Assembly: GCA_030390025.1 (NCBI GenBank)
Contig: JASTWF010000035.1
Coordinates: 868,001-932,000 of the forward strand
Length of the DNA stretch: 64,000 nucleotides
From: Squalus acanthias
Lineage: Eukaryota
Reading direction: 5' to 3'
Below are positions 38,325 through 48,410 of this stretch, one piece after another (positions within the stretch are counted from its first letter, which is position 1; every line of letters begins with the position of its first letter). The position numbers and the translations under genes are program-made. The notes beneath the pieces were generated by a model. It saw only the letters and a program-made list of their open reading frames with translations. It searched no databases and was not told the DNA's origin.

Positions 38325-39791
38325 ATGAAGCTGTTATTTACGTTTTACCTACTAATCGGACTGATATGTATAGCCTGCCAAGGGAGAGGAAAAGAACCCC
38401 GAAAGAAACGAGAATTACATATGAACACCTTTTTGTATATGTCATATAAGTATGCCAAAAAAAGTGGGATAAACGCCTGTTGGGTATGTAGCCATATTCC
38501 TACTTATGTGAAAAGAGGAATACCTCTGCGACCGATACCCTTGAACCTCACAGATATGGCAGAATGGATAATTAATAAAAATCATACGAAACAGAAAGAT
38601 ACCACCCTATCCACCTTCGGGAAAATATGGGAACAAAAGTGGTCTAGCCTAAGAAACGAGTTTAAGGGGGGAGGATATTCGTTAGAAAATTTTAAAGGAT
38701 GGTACAAGCCGACGTATGATTATACGAAAGAACCTCCTTTTCTAGCCCTTACCAATACATCGGGAAAGGGCCGACCAATCGGGGATATATGCTGGGAACG
38801 CGATCTAGGACAGACTAAAGGGAACAGAGTTAATATGGGGAAAAGTCGTTGCATACAAAAGTTTATTACGTACAAGGCAGGAAGTTCCATGGAAAGCTGG
38901 TGGTTCAATGCTACCAGTTTGATGAATTTGACTAATAACAGACCATGGAATGGGACTAAACGATTGAATACTGATAATCAGATGTGTTTTACCGTTTTCC
39001 GCACCAACGTGAACCCTGATCAACCGGGACAGATAGTGACAGCCTATAACGGGACGTACTTCATATGCGGTCACAGAGCATACCCTTGGCTACCAGAGAA
39101 TTGGGCAGGATCATGCTATTTGGGGTATGTAGTACCATACATACACCACATAAAGGAATTGAAAGACCACCATAAGCATAGCTGTAAGAAAAGAGAACTC
39201 CCCACATGGAAGATGTTAGTTGGAGCTATGTTTCCCCCTGCTGGAATAGCGTTTACTTCCCAAGAAATACTGTTACTGTCAGCATTAATTGAGGGAGTAG
39301 CTAATGACACGATTAAATCCCTGAGGGAGGTAAGCACCGAAATGGTAGCCCTGAGAACCGTCGCCCTACAAAATAGAATGGCACTAGAATACCTACTAGC
39401 TGCACAGGGAGGTACATGTGCCATGATCGGAGCAGAATGCTGCACATATATCCCAGATAGCTCTGAAAATATAACCAACTTAGCGGACCATATTCAGAAA
39501 CAAGTTGCCCTACTCCATCAATCCAGGACCAAAGGCGGCTGGGCTGATTGGATATTAGGGGGATGGTTGGGATCGATGGGACAAGTATTATTGCATGGAT
39601 TAGTAGTAATAATAGCCGCAATTGTATGTATTATTTTGGTTGTCACAATGATTAAGTGTTGTTGTAATAGGTTAGGCAAGGTAGTCATACCTGAAGTAAG
39701 TATAATGATACAGAAAGAAATAAATGATGAAGAAGAAAAGTATGGTCCCTTCGGGGAGGAACTGAGGCGATTGAATAACATACAATTTTGA
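38325..39791 (+). CDS. env: Full-length gamma-type retroviral envelope, 488 aa
   Basis: Signal peptide, CWVC, CKKR at the SU/TM junction, fusion peptide, ISD LQNRMALEYLLAAQGGTC, CX6CC, TM, CCC and YGPF in the tail. Confidence 0.96.
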   Translation: MKLLFTFYLLIGLICIACQGRGKEPRKKRELHMNTFLYMSYKYAKKSGINACWVCSHIPTYVKRGIPLRPIPLNLTDMAEWIINKNHTKQKDTTLSTFGKIWEQKWSSLRNEFKGGGYSLENFKGWYKPTYDYTKEPPFLALTNTSGKGRPIGDICWERDLGQTKGNRVNMGKSRCIQKFITYKAGSSMESWWFNATSLMNLTNNRPWNGTKRLNTDNQMCFTVFRTNVNPDQPGQIVTAYNGTYFICGHRAYPWLPENWAGSCYLGYVVPYIHHIKELKDHHKHSCKKRELPTWKMLVGAMFPPAGIAFTSQEILLLSALIEGVANDTIKSLREVSTEMVALRTVALQNRMALEYLLAAQGGTCAMIGAECCTYIPDSSENITNLADHIQKQVALLHQSRTKGGWADWILGGWLGSMGQVLLHGLVVIIAAIVCIILVVTMIKCCCNRLGKVVIPEVSIMIQKEINDEEEKYGPFGEELRRLNNIQF

Positions 39792-39993
39792 GGATTAGAC
39801 AATCTAGACAAAATATACATATAGATATATATATACATTTTTGCATGCTCCCCACTTTCGGTAAACATATTCTTCCACCCACATGGGATCTGCAGGCTAG
39901 GGAAAGAGAGAGGACTCCTTTCAAACTGCCGGTGACGTCAACCTTGTATATCACTTGGTCCGCACTCTGGAGGCTCACGTAGAAGCACTTGTG

Positions 39994-40172
39994 CTTTGGA
40001 GAACCCCACAGGTTAGGTATAAACTGTGTGGGTCATGAATCAGCTGTAGTTCCTTTGGAGAACCCCACAGGTTAGGTATAAACTGTGTGGGTCATGAATC
40101 AGTCCTCCTCTATAAGCTGCAGTTCCCTAGGACAACCCCACAGGTTAGGCATAAACTGTGTGGGCCATGACT
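39994..40172. repeat. Three direct repeats of ~50 bp in the ERV 3' UTR
   Basis: ctttggagaaccccacaggttaggtataaactgtgtgggtcatgaatcag twice, plus one diverged copy. Confidence 0.9.
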
Positions 40173-40545
40173 TAGAACTCCTCTATGAGCTGCTGTACCC
40201 TATCTCCTTAGAGGGTGTATAGCGATACCTGAACTGCAGACTAGTAAAAGCTGCAGGAAAAGTTAGAGAACAGCAGACTAATGAACCACAAAAGTACGCC
40301 ACAGTCACCAAAACACAACTAAAACCCCTACAAGAACATACGCCCAAACACCGAGACTAGACAGAGAAGAAGGACGATCTTAAATAAGGTCAGCCATCAA
40401 TACAGGTATAATCCCGAGGATGGTTAAAACAGAAAAGAAGTTGGCATCCCTGACCAAAATCCAAATTTGGTACAGGAACCGACAAGAAAGACCGAAAAAG
40501 TTAAATTGAGCTATTTTGCCCTAGAAGGACAAAAAAAGGGGGGAA

Positions 40546-41067
40546 TGTGGAAGTGCAGTTTTTGTCTCGGACAAAATGGTGTCCTTGAATTTAAACTAAT
40601 AAAATGGCCGACTCTGACTTGTGTGGAAAAGGGAAAACATCCATTGTTATGTTCTTTTCTGAAAATAACTTTAAATTCTTAGACTATGCTGTCAGCAAAA
40701 GACTGCCTGCACAAAAGAAAACAGGCTTAATATTGAGATAACCAAGGGCTAGTAAAGTAAACAAACCAGGCGCCTTGACCTTGGTGAGAGAAGTAAAATA
40801 GATAGACTCCATTTTATAGAGATTAGCTAGTCTCATTGTAAGGCATTTCTAACGTGTTTTTTTCTAATTGTTAACTTAGCTTACCTTAAACAACATGTCA
40901 TGTGATATTATACTGTATAAGAATACTCCATTTTCGGTGATTCGGCAGTCTGTCATCATAGCTAATTGGGCTATGGTTGCAGTCTCCTTGCAAGTAAAAA
41001 TATAATAAAAAGCCTTCTTTGACGATATTGTCTACAAGAGTCTTTAATCGGAAGTCAAACTTCGACA
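40546..41067 (+). repeat. 3' LTR of ERV copy 2
   Basis: Follows the PPT aaaaaaaggggggaa; TG..CA termini. Confidence 0.96.
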
Positions 41068-43660
41068 CCGCTTCCTGCCTTTTATTGTTGGTGCCATTTT
41101 TGAACTATGCATTCTGAGAGAGAGACTTCTGGAGAGATTCAACGTTGTGTGAAGGAGTTTTGGGTACTGAGCAGCACTTTGCAGGTTCATTTTGATTTGC
41201 CATTCCTTGTATCGATTTAGAAGAGACTGTGGGGGCTGCACTCTGAGCTCTTTGCCTGGTACTCTCCATTGTTCTTTCCAGCACATTTGATGTGCAAGTC
41301 TCTCCAGGCCGAGATTCAAGGCTGCAATGAACAGGATGTGGATGGAAAGCAAGATTAACCATCCCCTTTAAGAACTGGCCCGTGCCATTGTGTGTGTGTT
41401 CCATTGCTGACTGACATTACATGAGCTTCGCCAGCGCTCTGAGTTAGCGCCTCACTCCTCGGCCTTTGCGCCTTAAGACAGGTGTGCAGCATCTGATTTA
41501 ACGCTCCAATCACCTCCCGGGGCGTTAAAAGTGAAGTTTCCAGTCAGTGGCGATAATTAGCGCCAGGTGCTAATTTTTGCGCCCGGACGATATTTGCGCC
41601 CCAAATGGGGCGCGACTGAATTTTTCCCCCTAAGAATATCCCAACACTGGACAAACAGGGGGCTATAGGGGGGGAGGAGTTAAACACGATCAAAATCACT
41701 AAGGAAGTGGTACTCGGTAAAATAATGGGACTCAAGGCGGATAAATCACCTGGACCTGATGGCTTACATCCTAGGGTCTTGAGGGAAGTGGCGGTAGGGA
41801 TTGTGGATGCATTGGTAATAATTTTCCAAAACTCCCTGGACTCAGCAAAGATCCCGGCAGACTGGAAAACTGCTAATGAAACACCCTTATTTAAAAAGGG
41901 CAGTAGACAGAAGGCTGGAAACTATAGACCGGTTAGCCTAACATCTGTGGTAGGTAAAATTTTGGAGTCCATTATTAGGGAGACAGTAACGGGACATTTG
42001 GATAATCATAATTTAATAGGACAAAGTCAGCATGGTTTTATGAAGGGGAAGTCATGTTTGACAAATTTGCTGGAGTTCTTTGAGGAAGTAACACACAGGG
42101 TGGATAAAGGGGAACCAGTGGATGTGGTGTATTTAGACTTCCAAAAGGCATTTGACAAGGTGCCACACAAAAGATTATTGCTTAAGATAAAAAATCACGG
42201 GATTGGGGGTAATATTCTGGCATGGATAGAGGATTGGCTATCTAACAGAAGGCAGAGAGTTGGGATAAATGGTTCATTCTCAGACTGGCAATCAGTAACT
42301 AGTGGTGTTCCGCAGGGGTCAGTGCTGGGTCCCCAACTCTTTACAATCTATATTAACGATTTGGAGGAGGGGACTGAGTGTAACATATCAAAGTTTGCAG
42401 ATGATACTAAGATGGGAGGGAAAGTAGTGAGTGAGGAGGACATAAAAAATCTGCAAGGGGACATAGACAGGCTAAGTAAGTGGGCAGAGATTTGGCAGAT
42501 GGAATACAATACTGGAAAGTGTGAGGTTATGCACTTTGGCAGGAAAAATAGTAGAGCAAGTTATTATCTAAATGGCAAGAAACTGGAAAGTACTGAAGTA
42601 CAAAGGGATCTGGGGGTCCTGGTGCACGAAACTCAAAAGGTTAGTATGCAGGTGCAGCAAGTGATTAAGAAGGCCAATGGAATGTTGGCTTTCATTGCTA
42701 AGGGGATAGAATATAAAAATAGGGAGGTATTGCTTCAGTTGTACAAGGTATTGGTGAGACCGCACCTGGAATACTGCATACTGTTTTGGTGTCCATACTT
42801 AAGAAAAGACATACTTGCTCTCGAGTCAGTACAAAGAAGGTTCACTCGGTTAATCCCGGGGATGAGGGGATGGACATATGAGGAGAGGTTGGGTAGATTG
42901 GGACTCTACTCATTGGAGTTCAGAAGAATGAGAGGCGATCTTATTGAAACATATAAGATTGTGAAGGGGTTGGATCGGGTGGATGCGGGGAGGATGTTCC
43001 CGATGATGGGTGAAACTAGAACTAGGGGGCATAGTCTTAGAATAAGGGGCTGCTCTTTCAAAACTGAGATGAGAAGGAACTATTTCACTCAGAGGGTGGT
43101 AGGTACATGGAATATGCTGCCCCAAAAAGCTGTAGAAGCTACATCATTACATAAATTTAAAACAGAAATAGACAGTTTCCTAGAAGTAAAGGGAATTAAG
43201 GGTTACGGGGAGCGGGCAGGAATTTGGACATGAGTCTAGGTTCGGATCGGTCATGGCCCTGTGGGTAGCGTAGCGGACCCAGGGGCCGTGTAGCCTGATC
43301 CTGCTCCTATTTCGTGTGTCCAATTCTGTTAGGTTCAGGAGATGGTTCTGTGATAGTAGATTGGCGGTTAGGATCAGATCAGCCATGATCTTATTGAATG
43401 GCGGAGCAGGCTCGAGGGGCCAATTGGCCTACTCCTGCTCCTATTTCTTATGTTCTTATGTTCTTATTCTTCTAAACTCTAGTGAATACAGGGCTAGTCG
43501 ACCCAATCTCTCCTCATACGACAGTCCTGCCATCCCAGGAATCAGTCTGGTGAACCTTCGCTGCACTCCCTCTGTGGCAAGTATATCCTTTCTTAGGTAC
43601 GGAGACCGAAACTGTACACAGTACTCCAGGTGTGGTCTCACCAAGGCCCTGTACAACTGT

Positions 43661-43758
43661 GAGAAGTCGCACAACACCAGGTTATAGTCCAACAGTTTTA
43701 TTTGAAATCACAAGCTTTCGGAGCTGCTGCCCCTTCGTCAGGTGAAGTGAAGGAATAC
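43661..43758 (-). mobile_element. 98-bp Penelope-like insertion carrying a minimal hammerhead ribozyme core
   Basis: 10-bp TSD GTACAACTGT (43651-43660, 43759-43768). Minus strand reads tcac-CTGACGA-a-ggggc-agca-gctcc-GAAA-gc-TT-gtga. Confidence 0.75.
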
Positions 43759-44394
43759 GTACAACTGTAGTAAGACATCCTTGCTCCTGTACTCAAATCC
43801 TCTTGCAATGAAGGCCAACATACCATTTGCCTTCCTAACTGCTTGCTGCACCTGCATGTTTGCTTTCAGTGACTGGTGTACAAGGACACCCAGGTCCCTT
43901 TGTACATCAGCATTTCCCAATCTACCACCATTTAAATAATACTCTGCCTTTCTGTTTTTCCAGCGTCTGAACCACTCTTGTTGCCACAGTATTTATGTGG
44001 CTGGTCCAGTTAAGTTTCTGGTCAATGGTGACTCCCAGGATGTTGATGGTGGGGGATTCGGCGATGGTAATGCTGTTGAATGTCAAGGGGAGGTAGTTAG
44101 ACTCTCGCTTGTTGGAGATAGTCATTGCCTGGCACTTGTGTGGCGCGAATGTTACCTGCCACTTATCAGCCCAAGCCTGAGTGTCGTCCAGGTGTTGCTG
44201 CATGCTGGCATGGACTGCTTCATTATCTGAGGAGTTGCGAATGTAACTGAATGCTGTGCAATCATCAGCGAACATCCCCACTTCTGACCTTATGATGGAG
44301 GGAAGGTCATTGATGAAGCAGCTGAAGATGGTTGGACCTCGGACACTGCCCTGAGGAACTCCTGCAGCGATATCCTGGGGCTGAGATGATTGAC

Positions 44395-44680
44395 TCCCCG
44401 ATCATCACTCCCACACCCCCCTCCCCACTCCCGCACCCCCTTCCCCATCTCCACGCCCCACTCCCCGATCATCACTCCCACACCCCCCCCTCCCCACTCA
44501 CACCCCCCCTTCCCCATCCCCGCACCCCTATCCCTACCCCCCCACCCCTGATCGTCACTCCCGCACCCAACTCCCGCATCCCCTTCCCACTCCCGCACCC
44601 CCCTCCCACCATGATCATCACTCCCGCACCCCCCACAACCCCAGATCCCCCCCCAACTTCCACAGCCCCCCTCCCCCACA
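44395..44680. repeat. C-rich minisatellite
   Basis: Repeated gatcatcactccc(a/g)caccccc units. Confidence 0.85.
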
Positions 44681-44909
44681 GAGCACTGGAGACCAGCATC
44701 TGAGGTCCTACGAGAGAACGAGCCAGGGAATGGGGCAGGGAAAAAGAGAGAACACAGACAGCCAGGGCGCGGTTTGTGGTCCTACATGGTGTCTCAGATC
44801 ACACACACACCACCAGACAACAGAGGCAATAAGCTTCAGGTTATAAATTAACAACTTGATGAAGGTATATAATGTAGTCACTATACAGGAGACATCTCTT
44901 AGGATTGAG

Positions 44910-47900
44910 TCATAGAATCATAGAAATTTACGGCACAGAAGGAGGCCATTTCGGCCCATCGTGTCCGTGCCGGCCGACAAAGAGCTATCCAGCCTAATCC
45001 CACTTTCCAGCTCTTGGTCCGTGTCCCTGTAGGGTACGGCACTTCAAGTGTATATCCAAGTACTTTTTAAATGTGGTTAGGGTTCCTGCCTCTACCACCC
45101 TTTCAGGCAGTGAGTTCCAGACCCCCACAACACTCTGGGTGAAGAAATTTCTCCTCAAATCCCCTCTAAACCTTCCACCGATTACTTTAAATCTCTGCCC
45201 CCTGGTTGTTGACCCCTCTGCTAAGGGAAACAGGTCCTTCCTATCCACTTTATCTAGGCCCCTCATAATTTTATACACCTCAATTAAATCTCCCCTCAGT
45301 CTCCTCTGTTTCAAGGAAAACAAACCCAGCCTATCCAGTCTTTCCTCATAGCTAAAATTCTCCAATCCAGGCAACATCCTCGTAAATCTCCTCTGTACCC
45401 TCTCCAGCACAATCACATACTTCCTGTAATGTGGTGACCAGAACTGCACGCAGTATTCTAGCTAAGGCCTAACTAGCATTTGATATAGTTCATAAGAATG
45501 TAAAAACATAAGAAATAGGAGCAGGAGTAGGCCATTCGGCTCTTCGAGCCTGCTCCGCCATTCAATGAGATCATGGCTGATCTTCTGCCTCAATTCCATT
45601 CACCGGCCCTATCGCCATATCACTTGATGCCGTTACTAGTCAGAAATCTATCGACTTCTGTTTTGAATATACCCAATGACTGAGCCGCCACAGCCCTCTG
45701 GGGTAGAGAATTCCAAAGATTCACCATCCTCTGTGTGAAGAAATTTCTTCTCATCTCAGTCCTGAATGACCTACCCTTTATCCTGAGGCTGTGGCCCCTT
45801 ATTCTAGACTCCCCAGCCAAGGGAAACATTCTCCCAGCATCCACCCTATCAAGCCCTGTAATAAATTTGTATGCTTCAATGAGATCCCCTCTCATTCTTC
45901 TGAATTCAAGAGAATACAGGCCTAGTTTACTCAATCTCTTCTCGTACGACAGTCCCACCATCCCAGGAATCAATCTCGCGAACCTTCGTTGCACTCCCTC
46001 TATGGCAAGTATATCCTTCCTTAGGTAAGGAGACCAAAATTGTACACAGCACTCCAGGTGTGGTCTCACCAAGGCCCTATATAATTGGAGTAAGACTTCT
46101 TTACTCCTGTACTCAAATCCTCTTGTAATGAAGGCCAGCATACCATTTGGTTTCCTAATGGCTTGTTGCACCTGCACATTCACTTTCAGTGACTCATGTA
46201 CAAGGACACCCAGGGTCCCTTTGAGCATCTGCATTCCCCAATCTTTCACCATTTAGGAAATACTCTGCCTTTCTGTTTTTTTCTACCAAAGTGGATAACT
46301 TCACATTTATCCACATTATATTCCATCTGCCATGTTCTGGCCCACTCACTGAGCATGTCGAGATCTCCTTGAAGCCTCTTCACATCCTCTTCACAACTGA
46401 CACTGCCACCTAGCTTTGCATCATCAGCAAATTTGGAAATGTTACAGTTAGTCCCCTCATCCAAATCATTGATATAGATTGTGAATAGCTGGGGCCCAAG
46501 CACCGATCCTTGCAGTACCCCACTAGTCACAGCCTGCCATCCTGAAAAAGACCCGTTTATCCCTACTCTTTGTTTTCTGTTTGTTAACCAATTCTCAATC
46601 CATGCTAGTATATTACCCCCAATTCCATGTGCCCTAATTTTATTCACCAACCTCTTGTGTGGGACCTTATCGAAGGCATTCTGAAAATCCAGATACACCA
46701 CATCTACCGGTTCCCCTTTCAAGCATAACCTCCCTGCTCTTGTATTCTATGCCTCGGCTAATAAAGGCAAGTATTCCGTACGCCTTCTTAACCAGCTTAT
46801 CTACCTGGCCTGCTACCTTCAGGGATCTGTGGACCTGCACTCCAAGGTCCCTTTGTTCCTCTACACTTCTCCGTGTCCTACCATTTAATGTGTATTCCTT
46901 GCCTTGTTAGCCCTCCCCAAATGCATTACCTCACACTTCTCTGGATTAAATTCCATTTGCCACTGTTCTGCCTACCTGACCAGTCCATTGATATCTTCCT
47001 ACAGTCTACAGCTTTCTTCTTCATTATCAACCACACAGCCGATTTTAGTATCATCTGCAAACTTCTTAATCATACCCCTATATTCAAGTCTAAATCATTG
47101 AAATATACCACAAAAAGCAAGGGACCCAGTACTGAGCCCTGCGGAACCCCACTGGAAATAGCCTTCCAGTTACAAAAACACCCTTCGACCATTACTCTTC
47201 GTTTAATTTGGATCCAACCTGCCACTTTGCCCTGGATCCCATGGGCTTTCACTTTCGTGACCAGTCTGCCATGTGGAACCTCATCAAAAGCCTTGCTAAA
47301 ATCCATATACACCACATCAAACGCACAACCCTCATCTACCCTCCTTGTTACCTCCTCAAAAAATTCAATCAAGTTAGTCAGACACGACCTTCCCTTAACA
47401 AATCCATGCTGACTGTCCTTGATTAATCCGTGTCTTTCTAAATGAAGATTTATCCTGTCCCTCAGAACTTTTTCCAATAATTTTCCCACCACCGAGGTTA
47501 GGCTGACTGGCCTGTAATTACTCGGTCTATCCTTTTCTCCCTTTTTAAACAAGGGTACCACATTAGCAGCCCTCCAGCACCACACCTGAAGCCAGAGAGG
47601 ATTGAAAAATGATGGTCAGGGCCTCTGCTATTTCCTCTTTTGCTTCACTTAACAGCCTGGGATACATTTCATCCGGGCCTGGGGATTTATCCACTTTCAA
47701 AGCTGCTAAGCCCCTTAATACTTCCTCTCTCACTATGTTCATTTCATCTAATATATCACACTCCTCCTCCCTGATTGCAATGTCTGCATCGTCTCTCTCT
47801 TTTGTGAAAACAGACGCAAAGTATTCATAAACCAGTCCAAAAATGTGCGGGTTAGGTTGATTTGGCTATGATAAATTGACCCTTAGTGTTAGGGGGGGAT

Positions 47901-48410
47901 TAAATATGTGGGGTTATGGGGATGGGATATGTTAGGGGGAATTAAATACGTGGGGTTACAGGGGTCGGGTGGGATATGTGTACTGTGGGGATTAAAGCAG
48001 GGACAGGGTACTGGATTTGACTGATCAGCCATGATCGTATTGAATGGTGGAGCAGGCTCGACGGGCCGAATGGCCTACTCCTGCTCCTAGATTCTATGTT
48101 TCTATGTTTCTATTAAGAACCCTACCCACGTCTTCCGCCTCCACACACAGGTTACCTTTATGGTCTCTAATAGGCCCTACTCTTTCTTTAGTTATCCTCT
48201 TATTCTTTATAAAAAAAATTTGAGTTTTCCTTGATTTTACTTGCCAAAATTTTTTCATGCTCTCTCTTTGCTTTCCTAATATCCTTTTTAATTTCACCCC
48301 TGCACTTTCTATACTCCTCTAGAGTTTCTGCAGTATTGAGCCCTCGGTATCTGTCATAAGCCTCCCTTTTTTTCTTTAATGTTCCCTGTATGTCCCTTGC
48401 CATCCAGGGG
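44910..48410 (-). mobile_element. CR1 with a nested CR1 (~45490-46720) and an HE1-SINE/CR1-tail fragment (~47830-48110)
   Basis: Consecutive RT ORF fragments. The outer element rejoins at ..tagttca|agcataacc.. Confidence 0.85.

Larger units (their letters stand above)
31769..41067 (+). mobile_element. Complete non-autonomous ERV provirus (copy 2; class I / epsilon-like env)
   Basis: Two 522-bp LTRs, CCGC TSD (31765-31768, 41068-41071), PBS-Gln, PPT at 40531-40545, IN fragment and env. No recognisable gag, PR or RT ORF. Confidence 0.96.
31442..41630 (-). mobile_element. Harbinger MITE copy B (31442-31768 + 41068-41630), split by the ERV
   Basis: TIRs GGGGGAAAAATTCAG/CTGAATTTTTCCCCC and TSD TAA. 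Reverse complement of copy A. Confidence 0.9.
30092..43233 (+). pseudogene. CR1 ORF2 (30092-31441 + 41634-43233): APE + RT
   Basis: YLNARS, GDFN, SDH, QGSVLGP and FADD motifs. Frameshift at ~31222. ITETW has become ITGTW at the endonuclease catalytic Glu. Confidence 0.93.
28396..43462 (+). mobile_element. Apparently full-length CR1 (5' UTR, ORF1, ORF2) interrupted at 31441/41631
   Basis: 5' UTR with a 46-bp direct repeat (28396, 28637), ORF1, ORF2 halves joined across a TAA TSD (gaggacacTAAgaatatc), and a (TTCTTATG)n tail. Confidence 0.93.
27994..43959 (-). mobile_element. CR1 (27994-28395 + ~43465-43959) split by the full-length CR1
   Basis: ..tcaatgagatcccctc|..attcttctaaactc.. is contiguous in other CR1 copies. 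Confidence 0.85.
27410..44395 (-). mobile_element. Zenon-like LINE (27410-27993 + 43960-44395), outermost member of the nest
   Basis: ..cgccgcagaatac|ccagcgtctga.. rejoins as in the uninterrupted copy at 50041. Confidence 0.85.

Noticed and set aside
39685..39978. Antisense ORF over the env end / 3' UTR (possible accessory gene)
   Set aside because: GTG start, runs through a TA microsatellite, absent from copy 1 and has no motif.
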